Source: Octopus sinensis
Lineage: Eukaryota
Assembly: GCF_006345805.1 (NCBI RefSeq)
Contig: NC_043005.1
Span: forward strand, 89,900,001-89,964,000
Length of the DNA: 64,000 nucleotides
Reading direction: 5' to 3'
Shown: one piece after another, positions 38,217 to 51,539 of the stretch
How the letters are laid out: each line of letters starts with the position of its first letter
How positions within the stretch are numbered: the first letter of the stretch is position 1
Program-made: the position numbers and the translations under genes
Notes under the pieces: generated by a model
What the model was told of the DNA's origin: nothing
The model's database searches: none
What the model saw: only the letters and a program-made list of their open reading frames with translations

Positions 38217-38762
38217 CTGAGTGAGAGAGCAGTTCATGCCATCAAAGTGACACTGGGGTAAAATATACGAAGCCCAGCATACCCATCATGACTACCCGTC
38301 TGATAAGGGTACACCAGGCACATGCATCACAACCATATGTGCGCGACATGGTGATCTCATATCAAAATAAACAACACATGACCTTGCAGGTGGGGCCCAG
38401 TTAGAATATTCTTCTGGTCGAGTAGCCCATCCTGCTCAAAAGGTCCCTGAATAAGGGTTACTTTAGGATGATGAACGAAACACCCATGTTTCCAAAGGTG
38501 AATTATTCAAACCCCAAAGAATCCCTCTCAACACATGGCTATGATGCTCCTCCGCTACTTCTGCTCGTGATCAGAGATGCACATATCGTCAGCCACTAAG
38601 GGACATGCTCAACTGGTTATGGTCAAACAACTGACAAGCAAATCTGTGGTATTGAGCAGAATATTTGCTGTAGCCCATCTTTTATACCAAGACAAAACAA
38701 TGTACATGATAACACTTCCAATCAGTTAAGGTCAGAAGCCATGAGAGCCACTGCCTGGTACT
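38217..38762. mobile_element. non-coding about 545-bp dispersed element flanked by (ATT)n on both sides (partial inverted copy 57589-57865)
   Basis: About 270 bp are shared in reverse orientation with 57589-57865 at high identity; both copies abut (TAA)n/(TTA)n. Confidence 0.75.
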
Positions 38763-38838
38763 ATTGTTATTATTATTATCATCATCATCATCATCATCAT
38801 CATCATTATCGGCGTCGCTGTTGTAATTATTATTATCC

Positions 38839-38927
<89 letters not shown>

Positions 38928-39195
38928 TTTGATAGTTATTACCGTATTGGTCCCAATTTCGGGGTTAATTCATAAGAATTTCCCCATCTTCAGCGATAAA
39001 TACGTGAGATATAAGTGAAATACTTACTCATACCCATGGAAAAATGTTTGTCTTTTTTTCGGCATATTTGGCATTAGAATTTTTCTTTTGCTCTTATTTT
39101 GTAAATTATTGATAAATTTAACCTTTAAAGGTATTTTTTGATATGCTGGCCATTGATGAAATTTTTTTCCCGAAAAAAATGTTATTCTACATTAG

Positions 39196-39235
<40 letters not shown>

Positions 39236-39555
39236 TAAAACACATAGATATATTATCTGGACTGCAGAATGTATCTATAACTTTCTCAAACAAGCACACA
39301 CACACACACTTACATACATACACTCTTTCTCTCTTTGTCTTTTGCCCTTCCCCTGTCACTTCCACAAAACACCCAATCCCAAATGCTAGTCTTTCACTCA
39401 CATTCATCCCCCTTTCCCACTCTCACTTGCACACCTGATACATATATGTATGTGCGTATGCATGAAAGGAGATAGACATTCTTGCAAGCAGAGGCAAACA
39501 CATTTAGAAATTGCTTGAAGCAGACGACACATTTGTTCTGAGAGGTCTGTTCACC

Positions 39556-39698
39556 ATGGACTACGAAGAAGTGATTGGGACACTTGGAGGATGTGGACTT
39601 TATCAGAAACTGATGCTAAGTTTCCTGTTCGCTTCATCAATTATGGATGGTTTACAAGTTGGAAGCATGGTTTTTATTGTACCTGACTTAGATTACAG
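39556..39698 (+). CDS. SLC22: SLC22/organic cation transporter-like gene 2, coding exon 1
   Basis: Start in CACCATGG context. Reads MDYEEVIGTLGGCGLYQKLMLSFLFASSIMDGLQVGSMVFIVPDLDY-R; AG|gtaagt. Confidence 0.92.
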
Positions 39699-39732
39699 GT
39701 AAGTTTATAATAATGATTTCTTATTATTATTT

Positions 39733-40352
39733 AAGGCGGCGAGCTGGCAGAATCGTTAGCTCACCGGGCAAAACGCCTAACTGTAATTTGTCCGTCATTA
39801 CGTTCTGAGTTCAAATTCCGCAGGAGTCCACTTTACCTTTCATCATTTCGAGGTCGATAAAATAGGTACCAGTTGTAATCGACTAACTGTCCTCCTGACA
39901 TTGCTGGCCTTGTGCTAACATTTGAAACCGCTATCATTAAGGCGGCGAGCTGGCAGAAACGTTAGCATACTGGGTGAAATGCTTAGCGGTATTTCCTCTA
40001 CTGTTACGTTCTGAGTTCAAATTCCACCGTGGTCAACTTTGCCTTTCATCCTTTCGGGGTCGACAAATTAAGTACCAGTTGCGTACTGGGGTCGATCTAA
40101 TGGACTGGCCTCCTCCCCCCCCCCAAAAAAAAATGTGCTTAGAATAGAAAAGAATTGTTAGCACGCTGTACGAAATGCTTAGCGGTGTTTCACCCATCGT
40201 TACGTTCTGAGTTCAAATTCCGCGAGGCCTTTTGCCTTTCATCTTTTCGGTGTCGATAAAATAAGCACCAGTTCAACACTTTGGTTGATGCAATCGACTT
40301 ATCCTCACCTTCTCCATGCTGCCCTTGTGGCAAAAATTTGAAATAATTATTT
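39733..40352 (+). mobile_element. three head-to-tail SINE family B copies
   Basis: Units start at about 39733, 39939 and 40157, each with the GAGTTCAAATTCC and CCTTTCATC blocks. Confidence 0.85.
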
Positions 40353-41837
40353 ATTCTAGGTGGGTAGTTTAAATGGTGGTGCTTCAAAACCACAATTCCT
40401 TGAGACATTTTTTTCTTTGTTGTTTGGGGTTAAAAACCTTTCTCACTCCCAGCCACCATCTCCACCATGGGTGCATTATACCTGAAATCTTTACACTTGT
40501 TTTTATCGATATATTGAGATCATCCCTACATATTCTCTGCCCATAATTCCTGGAAGGGTCATGGGGGCAGAGTCCTCAGGTACCTCACCCATAGGGTCCA
40601 ATCAGAAGCAACTTACTAAATCTCCTTCCCCAGATACTTAGTTATAGACTTGAAGAGGGAGGCTCAACAAACGGATTCCCCTATAATTAGAGCCCTTCTC
40701 TTTTGTCTCCCTTTTTAAAAACTTCTTCACGCTTCAATCAATATATTACTAAGGATGTAGTGTCATTGATTTAATCAAGAGTACCCTCATCCTTCTCTCC
40801 AGAATTCCTGATTTTTATTTTTCTGTCTTTTACTTGTTTCAATCATTGGACTGCAGCCATTGGCTTTCAACCTTCTGGGGTCAAGTACTGGGATTTAAGG
40901 CTTTCAACTAACCCCAGCCTCTAATCCCCAAATTTCTGTGCCTTTTATTAGAAACGATTATTATTTGGTTTGTGGATTCGCAGAATTCTTAGGGAACTGG
41001 ACAAAATAATTTGTGGTATTTAGTTACAGTTGTTTACATTCCGAGTTCAAACGCCATCAAAGTCACCTTTGCCTTTCATTCTTTATGGGGACAATAGAAT
41101 GAAATACCTGTAAAGTCCAGTTAAGGACCAGTCAAGTTTGTCTCAAGCCTATCAGTTCATTTAGCAGGGACGTGCCTCAACACTTCAGCTGCACGAGGTA
41201 CCTGTCCCACAAATGTATTACTGGTACTGGTACTATCTGTGTGTCTTGCTGGACCGCTAAGTTACTGGGACATAAACACACCAACACAGGTCGTCAAAAT
41301 ATGGTGGGAGACAAACTCAGACACAAACACATACATATGATGGGCTTCTTTCAATTTACATCTACCAAATCCACTTACAAGGCTTTGGTTGGCCCAAGGT
41401 TGAAGCAGAAGACACTTGCCAAGCAGTAGGACTGAACCCAGAAGCACGTGGTTGAGAAGCAAGCTTCTTACCACATAGCCACGCCTGCTTAGTGACCTTT
41501 GTTCCTCTTTGTGTTCTGAATTGAAATTCCACAGAGGTTGTCTTTCGCATTTAATGAGTTTGTTGATACCTGATGACACTGTGGCGATACAATCCAAGCG
41601 GGAGACAGGATTTGGCTTTTGACATCCATGCTCAAGTCATCTTTGGTTTTCATCCCTCTGGGCTTAGTAAAGGAAATTACCTTCCAAGTATTAGGGTTGA
41701 TGGAATTGACAGTGCCCCTCCCCTCAAATTATTTCCATCATCTATAAATGAGGGTGGATAGTGTCTCTCGGTTAGTATTGTTCTGAAGTCTTGAAGTCGA
41801 AGGTCCAAATATTTGCATTATACACTTTAGGCAAATA

Positions 41838-43520
41838 CTGATCGGGATGCTTCTGATTTTGGTCTTGGCATGCAGACGCGAGAGATTGAACAGTTTCCCG
41901 TCAGTTCTACTGTGCAGAAACACTCCATCATCTGATGTCTCAAAGACATGTGACAGCAGCAGCGAGAAGAAGATACCAAATAATGTAGGAGTAAGGACAC
42001 AACCTTGCTTTACCCCATTTTTTATTTGGAAGGCGGCTGATGTTGAACTATTGTGCTGTATGGTGCCTTGCATATCATCATGGAAAGATGTGATGATCCT
42101 CAGCAGCTTTGGTGGACATCCGATTTTTGGAGCAAGATGAAGAGGCCTTTTCTACTTACCGAGTCAAAGCCTTTTGTCCGATCAATGAAGGCCATATATA
42201 ATGGCATTTTCTGCTCTCTTGGCGTACGGAGAATATCATGTCAATAGTTGATCTGCTTCTTCTAAAGCCACACTGCGATTCTGGATAAATTCGAGAAGCA
42301 AGCAGTTGCAGCCTGGACAGGATAACGCGAGCAAAGGCTTTTCCAACAGTGCTTAGAAGAGATATTCCACGGTAATTGTTACAATCACCACGGTCACCTT
42401 TGTTTTTGTAAAGCGTAATGATGTTAGCATTCCGCATATCCCGAGGGACTGTACCATCTTCCCAGCACTGACACAGAAGCTCATGAAGGTGCCGAACCAG
42501 GATAGTGTTTTTACCGGGTTTTATGATCTCTAAGGGGATGACGTCTTTTCCCGGAGCCTTGTTACTTGCTAGGGAGCCAATAGCCTTGGTGAGCTCTGCT
42601 ATAGATGGCAGACTGTCAAGTTCACACATGACTGGCAAGATCTTGACACCCTCGATTGCAGCCTCAGCTACCGTGGTCTCCCGTGATCAGAGATCCTGGT
42701 AGTACTCCACCCATCTATCCATTTGCTTGCTTTGGTCTTTGATGAAATCTCCAGTAGTTGATTTCTGAGGGGCTGACTTGGTTGCGGATGGACCGAGGGC
42801 CTTCTTCAAACCGGCATACATCCCACGGGTGTCGCCACTGTCAGCAGCTGACTGGATACTCTGACAGATTTCCTGCCAATACCTATTTGCACAGCGTCTG
42901 CCAGTCAGTTGGGTTTTATTTCTTGCCTTTCTGAGTTCTTCGAGTGGCCTTGTAGAAGAATCCCTCTTGTATTGCATCAGAGCTGCACGCTTTGCTTCGA
43001 TACCTGTTTCCAGCTCTGAGAGCCCAGCACTGAACCAATCTGGCTTTTGCCTTTCTCTCATGCCGAAAGTATCTATTGATGTGGTATACAAAGCTTCCCT
43101 GATATAATTCCACCTACTTTCAGCAGAGGTGGTTGGGCAGCTACTGAGGGCAACCTTGATAGAAACAGGAAAATATTGTCGCAGTGTAGGGTCGGGGGTT
43201 CTGGCAGTGTTAATGCGTGGTTGGCCCATTTTCTTGGAGTGATGGACTTTCTTAGGCAGAATCCTCACCCTGCTTCTTATTAGTGAATGATCTGTGTCAC
43301 AATCCGCGCTGTGGTAACTACGGGTCAGTTGAACAGAATTCAGAAAGGATCTTTGTGTAATGATGAGATCCAGCTGATGCCAGTGGTGAGATCTTGGATG
43401 TCTCCAAGATGCCTTGTGGGATGTTTTGTTGGCAAAGAATGTGTTGGTGATGCACAGGTTATGGTATGTGCAAAATTCAAGTAGTCTCTGACCATTGTCA
43501 TTCATGTTGCCAATACCAAA
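41838..43520 (-). mobile_element. RTE (BovB-like) LINE internal fragment, endonuclease C-half to RT domain 4
   Basis: NDNGQRLLEFC, WRHPRSHHWHQLDLII, DTDHSL, KAPGKD, NYRGISLLS, QCGFR and GVKQGCVLTPTLF; truncated before YADD. Confidence 0.9.
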
Positions 43521-43584
43521 ACACATATACTTACATATATATATATATATACGATTGATTTGTTTCAGTTCCTGTCCACGAAAT

Positions 43585-43621
<37 letters not shown>

Positions 43622-44244
43622 GTATGTATACACACATGCACACACACACAAACACACAAAAATAAATTGATAGATACAAGTAAGTGGGCAAATAAAAATA
43701 TGAGACACTGCGTAGTGCTTTTTTTATTTTGATAAGCCTGGTACTTATTCTATCAGTTTCTTATTGTGAAAGCAGTATGTTATGGGGATGTAAATAAACG
43801 ATCACCAGTTGTGAAGCAGTGGTGAGGGAGAAACACAAAGACACACACATAGACTTACATATACACATACATATATCTACAATTGATTTCTTTCAGTTTC
43901 TGTCTACAAAATCCACTGACAATGCTTTGGTTGGTCTGAGGCTATAGCAGAAGACACATGCCAAGTTACCACACAGTGGGACTGAACTGAGGACCATGTG
44001 TTTTGGAACCAAGTTTGTTACCACACAGCCACACCTGCGCCTATGTATGTGTGTGTGTGTGTGTATGGGTGTATATATGTATGCATGTATATGTGTGTAT
44101 ATATATGTGTACATATTACATGTACATCTATATATATATATATCTAGACAGACATGTATACATATACATGTATATCTATAGAAATACATCTATACATATA
44201 CATGTATACATATACAGCTATACATATACATGTATACATATACA

Positions 44245-44303
<59 letters not shown>

Positions 44304-45221
44304 TCAGCTTTTCTCCGCGGGTAGTAAATATTATGTCTAACAGATTCTATTATTTAATTCATTAATAACAATTCACTAGCTACTAAATCTGAGTAATTTA
44401 CTCTTCTTGATTACTTCTCTCCATAAAAATAAATCACCTTCTACTAAACCTAAGAAAATTATTCATCTTGATTACTCCTCTTCCATTTTTTCTAATATAT
44501 ATATTTGACCCCTAATATATTTACTTTATTAATAAGACTTTTGTCCTCAGTTATTGAGTATTATGCCTACTCATAATGAATGATAGATTTTTCTCCAAAA
44601 TGAATATATATTAGATTTATAATTTCTCCTTTAATCCAACGTATCAAAGTATTCAACACCTACCAGCTAAGTATAAAGCTGATGTATATAAGTATAAAGG
44701 GATCTCTGTATTCTCTATAACTTTTTGGTATATAGGTGGTCACTGTGACCATCTGACATTGACCTAGTTTTCTTAATACAAAATCTGTTTGCCAAATAGT
44801 AATAAACAGCTTCTAGGGCATTATAATCCACTCTCTACTGTAATTTGTTTATGAAGAATTTCTGACATATATTTCACCCCTATTTCTGTAAATAGAAAAT
44901 CTCTTTTGTCTCCTTTCAACTGATTATACTTCCCAACCTTCTAGCAGTTCAAAATAACTTAATGAATAATCTTCAGTCAGAAGATAAACTCTACTACCTT
45001 AATGTTCTTAAAATTCAAATCGACATCTTTGTCTATATATCTACCTTCTCTATAATGTTATCAAATAATATGAAAATTATGTATTAATAGAAAACCTATA
45101 TAAATGGCTTATGATTGCTCAACATTTTAAAACTGTTGTAATACTTACAATATTTAATAAAATGATGTAGCGTGAAACGATCGTACCAAATTACCGAAGT
45201 TATTCTTGTTGCTTATTTTGA

Positions 45222-45305
<84 letters not shown>

Positions 45306-45309
45306 ATAT

Positions 45310-45540
45310 ACATACAATAGAGAGATGCTTTTGTTTCACTTTTAACACGTAATACTGAAATAGTGGAGAATATATGATATTGCTATGGGCTCGCCGTAAG
45401 CAAAAAGTTAAAAACTGTTTTTGCCCATGACGCTCCCCAGACCCTACGTAAGGCATGTGTAAAATTTGAATGAAATTGGTTGTGTAGTTCTCAAGTTTTA
45501 GGGAATCACACAGACAGACAGACACACAGACACACATTCT
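45310..45540 (-). mobile_element. non-autonomous Helitron-like 5' fragment interrupted by a SINE
   Basis: TGTGTCTGTGTGTCTGTCTGTCTGTG subterminal tract resembles the Helitron 5' ends at 50081, 50662 and 54848. Confidence 0.45.
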
Positions 45541-46265
45541 CAGTTGAGCTGGCAGAAACGTTAGCACGCCGGGCGAAATGCGTAGCCGTATTTCGTCTGT
45601 CGTTACGTTCCGAGTTCAAATTCTGCCGAGGTCGACTTTGCCTTTCATCCTTTCGGGGTCGATAAATTAAGTACCAGTTACGCACTGGGGTCGATGTAAT
45701 CGACTTAATCCCTTTGTCTGTCCTTGTTTGTCCCCTCTGTGTTTAACCCCTTGTGGGTAGTAAAGAAATATATATATATATATATATACATGCATATATA
45801 TGCGAACAGAACGTCGCAACGGGGGAAGTAACATGAAATACGTAGACAAACGAAGGAAAAACGAGTGAAAACACGGAAAACAGGACACATAAAGGAGTAG
45901 ATAGGCAGACGACAATTGATGAAAGGTCTTTTCTCTGTTTGCTTGTCCTCATGAGTTCGATTTCCAGACCGGGCTGTGTGTTGTGTCGTTGAGCAGGGTA
46001 CTTTACTTCACGTTGCTCCAGTTCGCTCAACTGTAGAAAGGAGTTGCAACATCACTGGTGCCAAGCTGTATCAGCCCCTTTGCCTTTCCCTTGAGGAACA
46101 TCAGTGGCGTGGAGAGGGGAAGCTGGTATGCATGGGTGACTGCAAGTCTTCCATAAACAACCTTGCCAGGACTTGCGCTTCGGGGGGGGTAACATTTTAG
46201 GTGCAATCTCATGGTCACTCATGACCAAAATGGGTCTTTACCCTTTACTCACACAGACACCACAC

Positions 46266-46307
<42 letters not shown>

Positions 46308-46676
46308 CACACACACACACGTACATATATAGTTGCAGATGAGATCCAGAGATTCTCCGTATAGAAGACACTTAGTAGGGCTCAAAAGACCCAAATATAC
46401 ACTCTAATGACTTTACAGGACATCATTCCACAAAGTAAAGAAAGGCTATAAGAGAGATCAAACTGAGCGGGTTCAGAGGCAATTATTCAGATAAACAGCT
46501 TAGACAAATCAAATATATTAAATATATTAAATACATCAAATACAAAATATGTATATTTGCAAAATGGGAGAAAGCAAAAGGTGGAAGTTTTCATCATATG
46601 AATTTTTATGTATAAATGTATATTACACAGAGTACAAACGACAGAGAAAATTAAAGATGTGAAAGAAAGGTGTTAT

Positions 46677-46942
46677 AAGTCCAACAGCTGTTTCTCGGGC
46701 TTGGAGCTCCATAATAATGCTGGTAGATTTAGTTCATCACAATGTGCACCCATAATGGATACAATTTAACATTGGTCGAGAGGGGCATCCGTCATCAGGT
46801 TAGAGATCTGAACTTGCCTGCATTAAGATCTCTACTCTGAAGGCCGAAGGTGTAATTGTATACACACGACTAAAATTGGGATGAACTAAATCTACCAACA
46901 TTATTAAGGATCTCTGAGCCCCCAGAAACAGCTGTTGGACTT
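46677..46942. repeat. 60-bp inverted repeat carrying the hammerhead stem III palindrome GAAACAGCTGTT (Penelope-like terminal repeat remnant)
   Basis: Arms 46679-46738 and 46880-46940; CTGATGA on the minus strand at 46792-46798. Confidence 0.65.
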
Positions 46943-47357
46943 TCTTCCACCCCTATAATTTTCTGTATCGTTTGTGCTCTATGTAGGCTGGCCCTAAGAA
47001 TATAAATATCCAGATGTAATTGTTGTATCAGTCGTAGCATGAGATTAGGCTGATTGAGTATATTACAAACACAAGCAAAAATCACAAACATTTAACTTAA
47101 GATTTATTTAATGGAAGAATGAACATGAATACATTCGTAAATGCTCGCTGGTTGAGAGGGACTAAGATGTATGAGTTAACTCTTTACAGTGATTGCTCTG
47201 ATTAAAAGCTTGGCCTTGATTTGCTTGGCGAGAACCGGGTTGTGTTCTCTTCGAATGCCATGATATTGTTAGCGCTAAAGTAAGAGTAAGGCATCACTGA
47301 CCACCTTTTCTGCGTTGGCGAATGACCTGCATGCTCTAGTTTCCTCAGCTATCTTAC

Positions 47358-47447
<90 letters not shown>

Positions 47448-47589
47448 TGTCTGTCTGTAAGATATTTGAGGGCAGATTTATGTTTAAAAAAAGCAGATAT
47501 CATAACAGATAATAACTTTATTTATAAAAAAAGGCTATGCGGGATAAAAATAAACCTTCTTTTCTATAATGTTATTCAATAAGGCAACC

Positions 47590-48450
47590 TTCAGCTTCAA
47601 GAGCTGCTTCTATATGAGATCTAAATCATCTACATGCTCGAATCAAGTGGTCCTGGTTCACTTTGGACATTTACTCTGACTATGGCAGCTTTCAAGGAAT
47701 CTTTGGTATTATGGGCGTGTTCATTGACCTCTCTCTCAACAACGCTCCACGTGTAATAGTCCAATGGATTGAGATCTGGGGAATGAAGAGGCCAAATGTT
47801 AAGGGTTATGTGATCATGAAAACTTTCAGTCATCCATTCTTGAGTTACTAGAGCCATGTATTATATATAGTGCAGAGTCTTACTGAAACACATATGGCCT
47901 TCCATTACATACATTGTCTATCCAGAGCATAACAATTATTTCCAGGACCTCAATGTAGGCGGCAGAGTTAACTCTAAAGCCTTGTGGAAAGAAGTAAGGG
48001 GGGATCACATATCCTTCATTGCTGACAACGCCTAAAACTATGAAAGTTGCAGGAAATTTTGTATGCTTAACATTTGTAGCTTCAGAAGGGTCTGCACATA
48101 ACTATTTGTCATTTCTTCTCTTAACTTTTTGATCTTGGTCGAAGATTTTCTCGTTTGAGAAAAACCAAATCAAATCTTCTGCTGCAGTTTTAATAACCTT
48201 TTAGATTTGATGTAGTGACTTTCTTCTGCTTTTTCGGACGAATTTATCTTTCCTCATCATATAAGACTTATATCTGATGTCTCCGTGGGCAACATTTCTA
48301 ACTGTTTCTTCTGAAACTTGGAGGTCTTTCGCAATTGATATTATGGACCTTCTGGGACTGTAAACAATGGTCTGTTGAACTTGTTGGATAAATTTAGGTG
48401 TTGTGATGATTTCAGAGCGTTTAGAATGTTTTTTATGCAACTTTTAAAAA
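47590..48450 (-). mobile_element. maT (DD37D)-type Tc1/mariner transposon remnant
   Basis: SPRRSIISIAKDLQVSEETVR, PPYFFPQGFRVNSAAYIEVL, GRPYVFQ*DSA and WPLHSPDLNPLDYYTWSVVE. Confidence 0.85.
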
Positions 48451-49129
48451 TCGAGACATATATATATATATATAAACACACACACACAAGGTGTTGAAAA
48501 GTTCCTGGCTTTGGATAAAAGAAAATACAGAAAGTACAGTTAAATATTTTATTCAACATATTCACCTCTCAGATTCTCACACTAATTGCTGTTATTAATA
48601 ATAGACACGGCAGCAACTAGACCAGAAATAGCAGCAGCACGCTCGCTAATGATAATAATAATTTAGGGTAAGGGATTAAGTCGATTACATCGACCCCAGC
48701 GCGTAGCTGGTACTTATTTAATCGATCCCGAAAGATGAAAGGCAAAGTCGACCTTGGCGGAATTTGAACTCAGAACGTAACGGCAGACGAAATACCGCTA
48801 AGCCTTTCACACGGTCCGCTAACGATTCTGCCAGCTCGCCGCATTAATGATAATGCTTATAATGATAACAAAAACAACAAGAGTAACTACAACCACTATA
48901 GCGCAGACAACAGCCCCAACAACGACGATGGTTATAGTATAGCAGCAGCAACGGAGACACGAACAATGACAACAACAGCACCAACACCAACTTCGCTACT
49001 GATGATGTCCCCTACACCAGCATTAACGACGCCAACACCAGCGCCGACAACAGCTGAAGTAACAGTGTCAACAACATCACCAGAAGCAGCGACGGCAATA
49101 GCAGCATTCAAAAATACATCGGACGTTCC

Positions 49130-49405
49130 GGAAACACCTTGAAGCAGCGACTCTCCAACCACGAGTCCTCGTTAAGGATCCCGGGAAGACGTTATGCCAT
49201 GTCTTTAGCCAGCCGTGGCGCCGAAGGACGAAGGGACTCCATAGGTATTCACAGGGCAGATCCTAGAAAAAATGGTGCCCTACATCAATGTAGTTGCAAG
49301 CTGTGCATAGCGGAACGGGCGAGAATATTAAAGAAGTCTCTCGACCCGAGAAACATCTTATATTCCAGGACGAAAGTCTTCAGACCCTGTTTATATTTCA
49401 GGCGA
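49130..49405 (+). mobile_element. Penelope-like GIY-YIG remnant
   Basis: KQRLSNHESSLR...CKLCIAERARILK...LYSRTKVFRPC. Confidence 0.7.
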
Positions 49406-49501
49406 AATGGTTGAGAAGCAAGCTTCTTAGGGTGACGCCACAGAAGATGTAACTAAATTTAAATGAAAGATCAAAGAAACCTATTTTGTATATTTTCCTA
49501 G

Positions 49502-49724
49502 GTGTGCTATTCCTGGTTACGACAATGACACTTATAAAATCCAAAGTGAAATCCATGAAGAACTGATCAACGAATATATTCCAAAGAGTGAGGATAAAGG
49601 GGAGGTGGTTTATGAAAAATGTTTGATATATTCCAATACCACAGAAAATGGAAATCGAACGACACAGAAGTGCAGCTCTTGGGTATATGATAAAACCAAC
49701 ACACACACCTCAATCACCACTCAG
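49502..49724 (+). CDS. SLC22: SLC22-like gene 2 exon 2 (large extracellular loop)
   Basis: tttcctag|G...CAG|gtaagg. Reads R-CAIPGYDNDTY...CLIYSNTTENGNRTTQKCSSWVYDKTNTHTSITTQ, with the loop Cys residues, WVYD motif and N-glycosylation sequons. Confidence 0.95.
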
Positions 49725-49996
49725 GTAAGGTTCTTTTGAAAGTCACACGCTACATACAAGCTAAAACATCTATCCGTCTATCTACCTACCAAACTATCTA
49801 GCTCTCCACATATCAATCTATCTATCCATACACACACATATGTATCTTTTACATATATATATATACATAGATATATACATATATATGTATATATAAATAT
49901 ACATATATATATATGTATGTATATATGCATATATATATACATATATATATATGTGTGTATATATTTATATATATGTGTGTATATATACATATATAT

Positions 49997-50074
<78 letters not shown>

Positions 50075-50085
<11 letters not shown>

Positions 50086-51154
50086 TCAACTTGTGTGTCT
50101 GTGTGTGTATCTGTGTGTGTGTCTGTGTGTTTAACTTCCTGGCACATCTCCTCCTAGCCAACAAAACGTAGAACCGCCAAAAATGGGTCACTTAAAGTTT
50201 AGGCGAATGAAGATTGAACTGCGCTATTTCTGTTCCGAAATTCATCTCGCAAGTGCAAAAATCGATAATGTGTTTGTTTAGGCCTTATCCCATGCATTGA
50301 ATAGTGAACTTTACTCAGTCAGCTGTTTGACGTGAACTGTGTTCACCACGCGTGCAAGCATGCGTAAATTGCATGAAAAATAAAAAATCAAGATATAAAA
50401 ACGAATCGCCGTAAACATTGTAGAAATTCGGCAAAGAAATGATGTAGCCAGGAGGGTTTTTTCGTATTAATCGTTTGAACTTTGTGAACACATACCAATT
50501 GTTTTCATAACATTTTTAACGCTTTGAATTAAATGTGACCATTTTGCGTTGAGTCTGCAGTCTGAATCACTTTAACCAAATTTTAGCATGCCGGATTTTT
50601 GATCATCATGATACATCGCCAGCGACTCCCTGAAACTCTCCCCTGAATCCCCGTTGAGAAATCTCTATATATATAAAACTCAACTTGTATGTCTGTGTGT
50701 GTATCTGTGTGTGTGTCTGTGTGTTTAACTTTTGGATCTACCAAGTTTCATTATTAAGGACGGAAAGTAGTGTGTAGCAAATCTATATATATAAAGCTGA
50801 AGTTGTCTGTGTGTGGCAGGTTTGGTAGCCTTCAACTAACACGATCTCCTTCGAGACCCTGCAGCGCAAGTTGACCAAATTTGAGAGTATGATAGAAGAA
50901 GGTTTGCTCTTCATTCTCCAGAAGATAAAATTCAAACCAAAAATTATTTACATCAAAAAGGTGCTTTTTTCTATGAAAATCCCTATTTTTTTACGATTTT
51001 TGACTGCTGTGTCACCATTTTTCGGTGTATTTCAACTGGAAAAATGTTCACTTGAAGAGAATAACAAGCTACATAATGCAAAATTTTTACTTCTCAAAAA
51101 TTCCAATTCTAAAGGGTCGAAACAAACCCAAGCAACACCGGGTGATACTGCTAG
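50075..51154 (+). mobile_element. non-autonomous Helitron with three stacked 5' ends
   Basis: 5' A|TC-TATATATATAAA starts at 50662 and 50782, and a third is buried in (TA)n at about 50075. The 3' hairpin CCCAAGCAACACCGGG is followed by CTAG|T at 51151-51155. Confidence 0.85.
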
Positions 51155-51167
51155 TATGTATATATAT

Positions 51168-51221
<54 letters not shown>

Positions 51222-51443
51222 GAAGGGATACAATATCCAAGCAGATACCGAATTTCTCTATTTAGAATGCCAAGGCTGGTTCCTTGAGATGGTGCATTTT
51301 ATGGTAAACTTCCTTTAACATCCGAAGTTACAGTTTGTTTGTTGGCTATATAGAGTGTAAAGTACAATATTGATAATAAGGAGAATGAAGAATTTGAACA
51401 TTCAAACTTTATGTTAAATTCCAGTTAGTTTATTCATAATAAC

Positions 51444-51537
51444 TATCCGACACGTGTTTCGATCGTATTAATTGCATATTGTTGTATATTTATATGCAGC
51501 GATTTATGCATTATTAGTACAATCTCTTCAGGGTATA
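51444..51537 (-). ncRNA. type I hammerhead ribozyme with intact core and enlarged loop 2
   Basis: Minus strand: TATACC-CTGAAGA-GATTGTA...TACGATC-GAAA-CACGTG-TC-GGATA. Stem II is 7 bp, stem III is palindromic, stem I is 5 bp with a bulge. Confidence 0.8.
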
Positions 51538-51539
51538 TA

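Noticed and set aside
44300-45150. Possible CR1/L2 LINE remnants (FSPRVVN; SDGHSDH)
   Set aside because: Only isolated weak motifs, on opposite strands; not enough to support a call.
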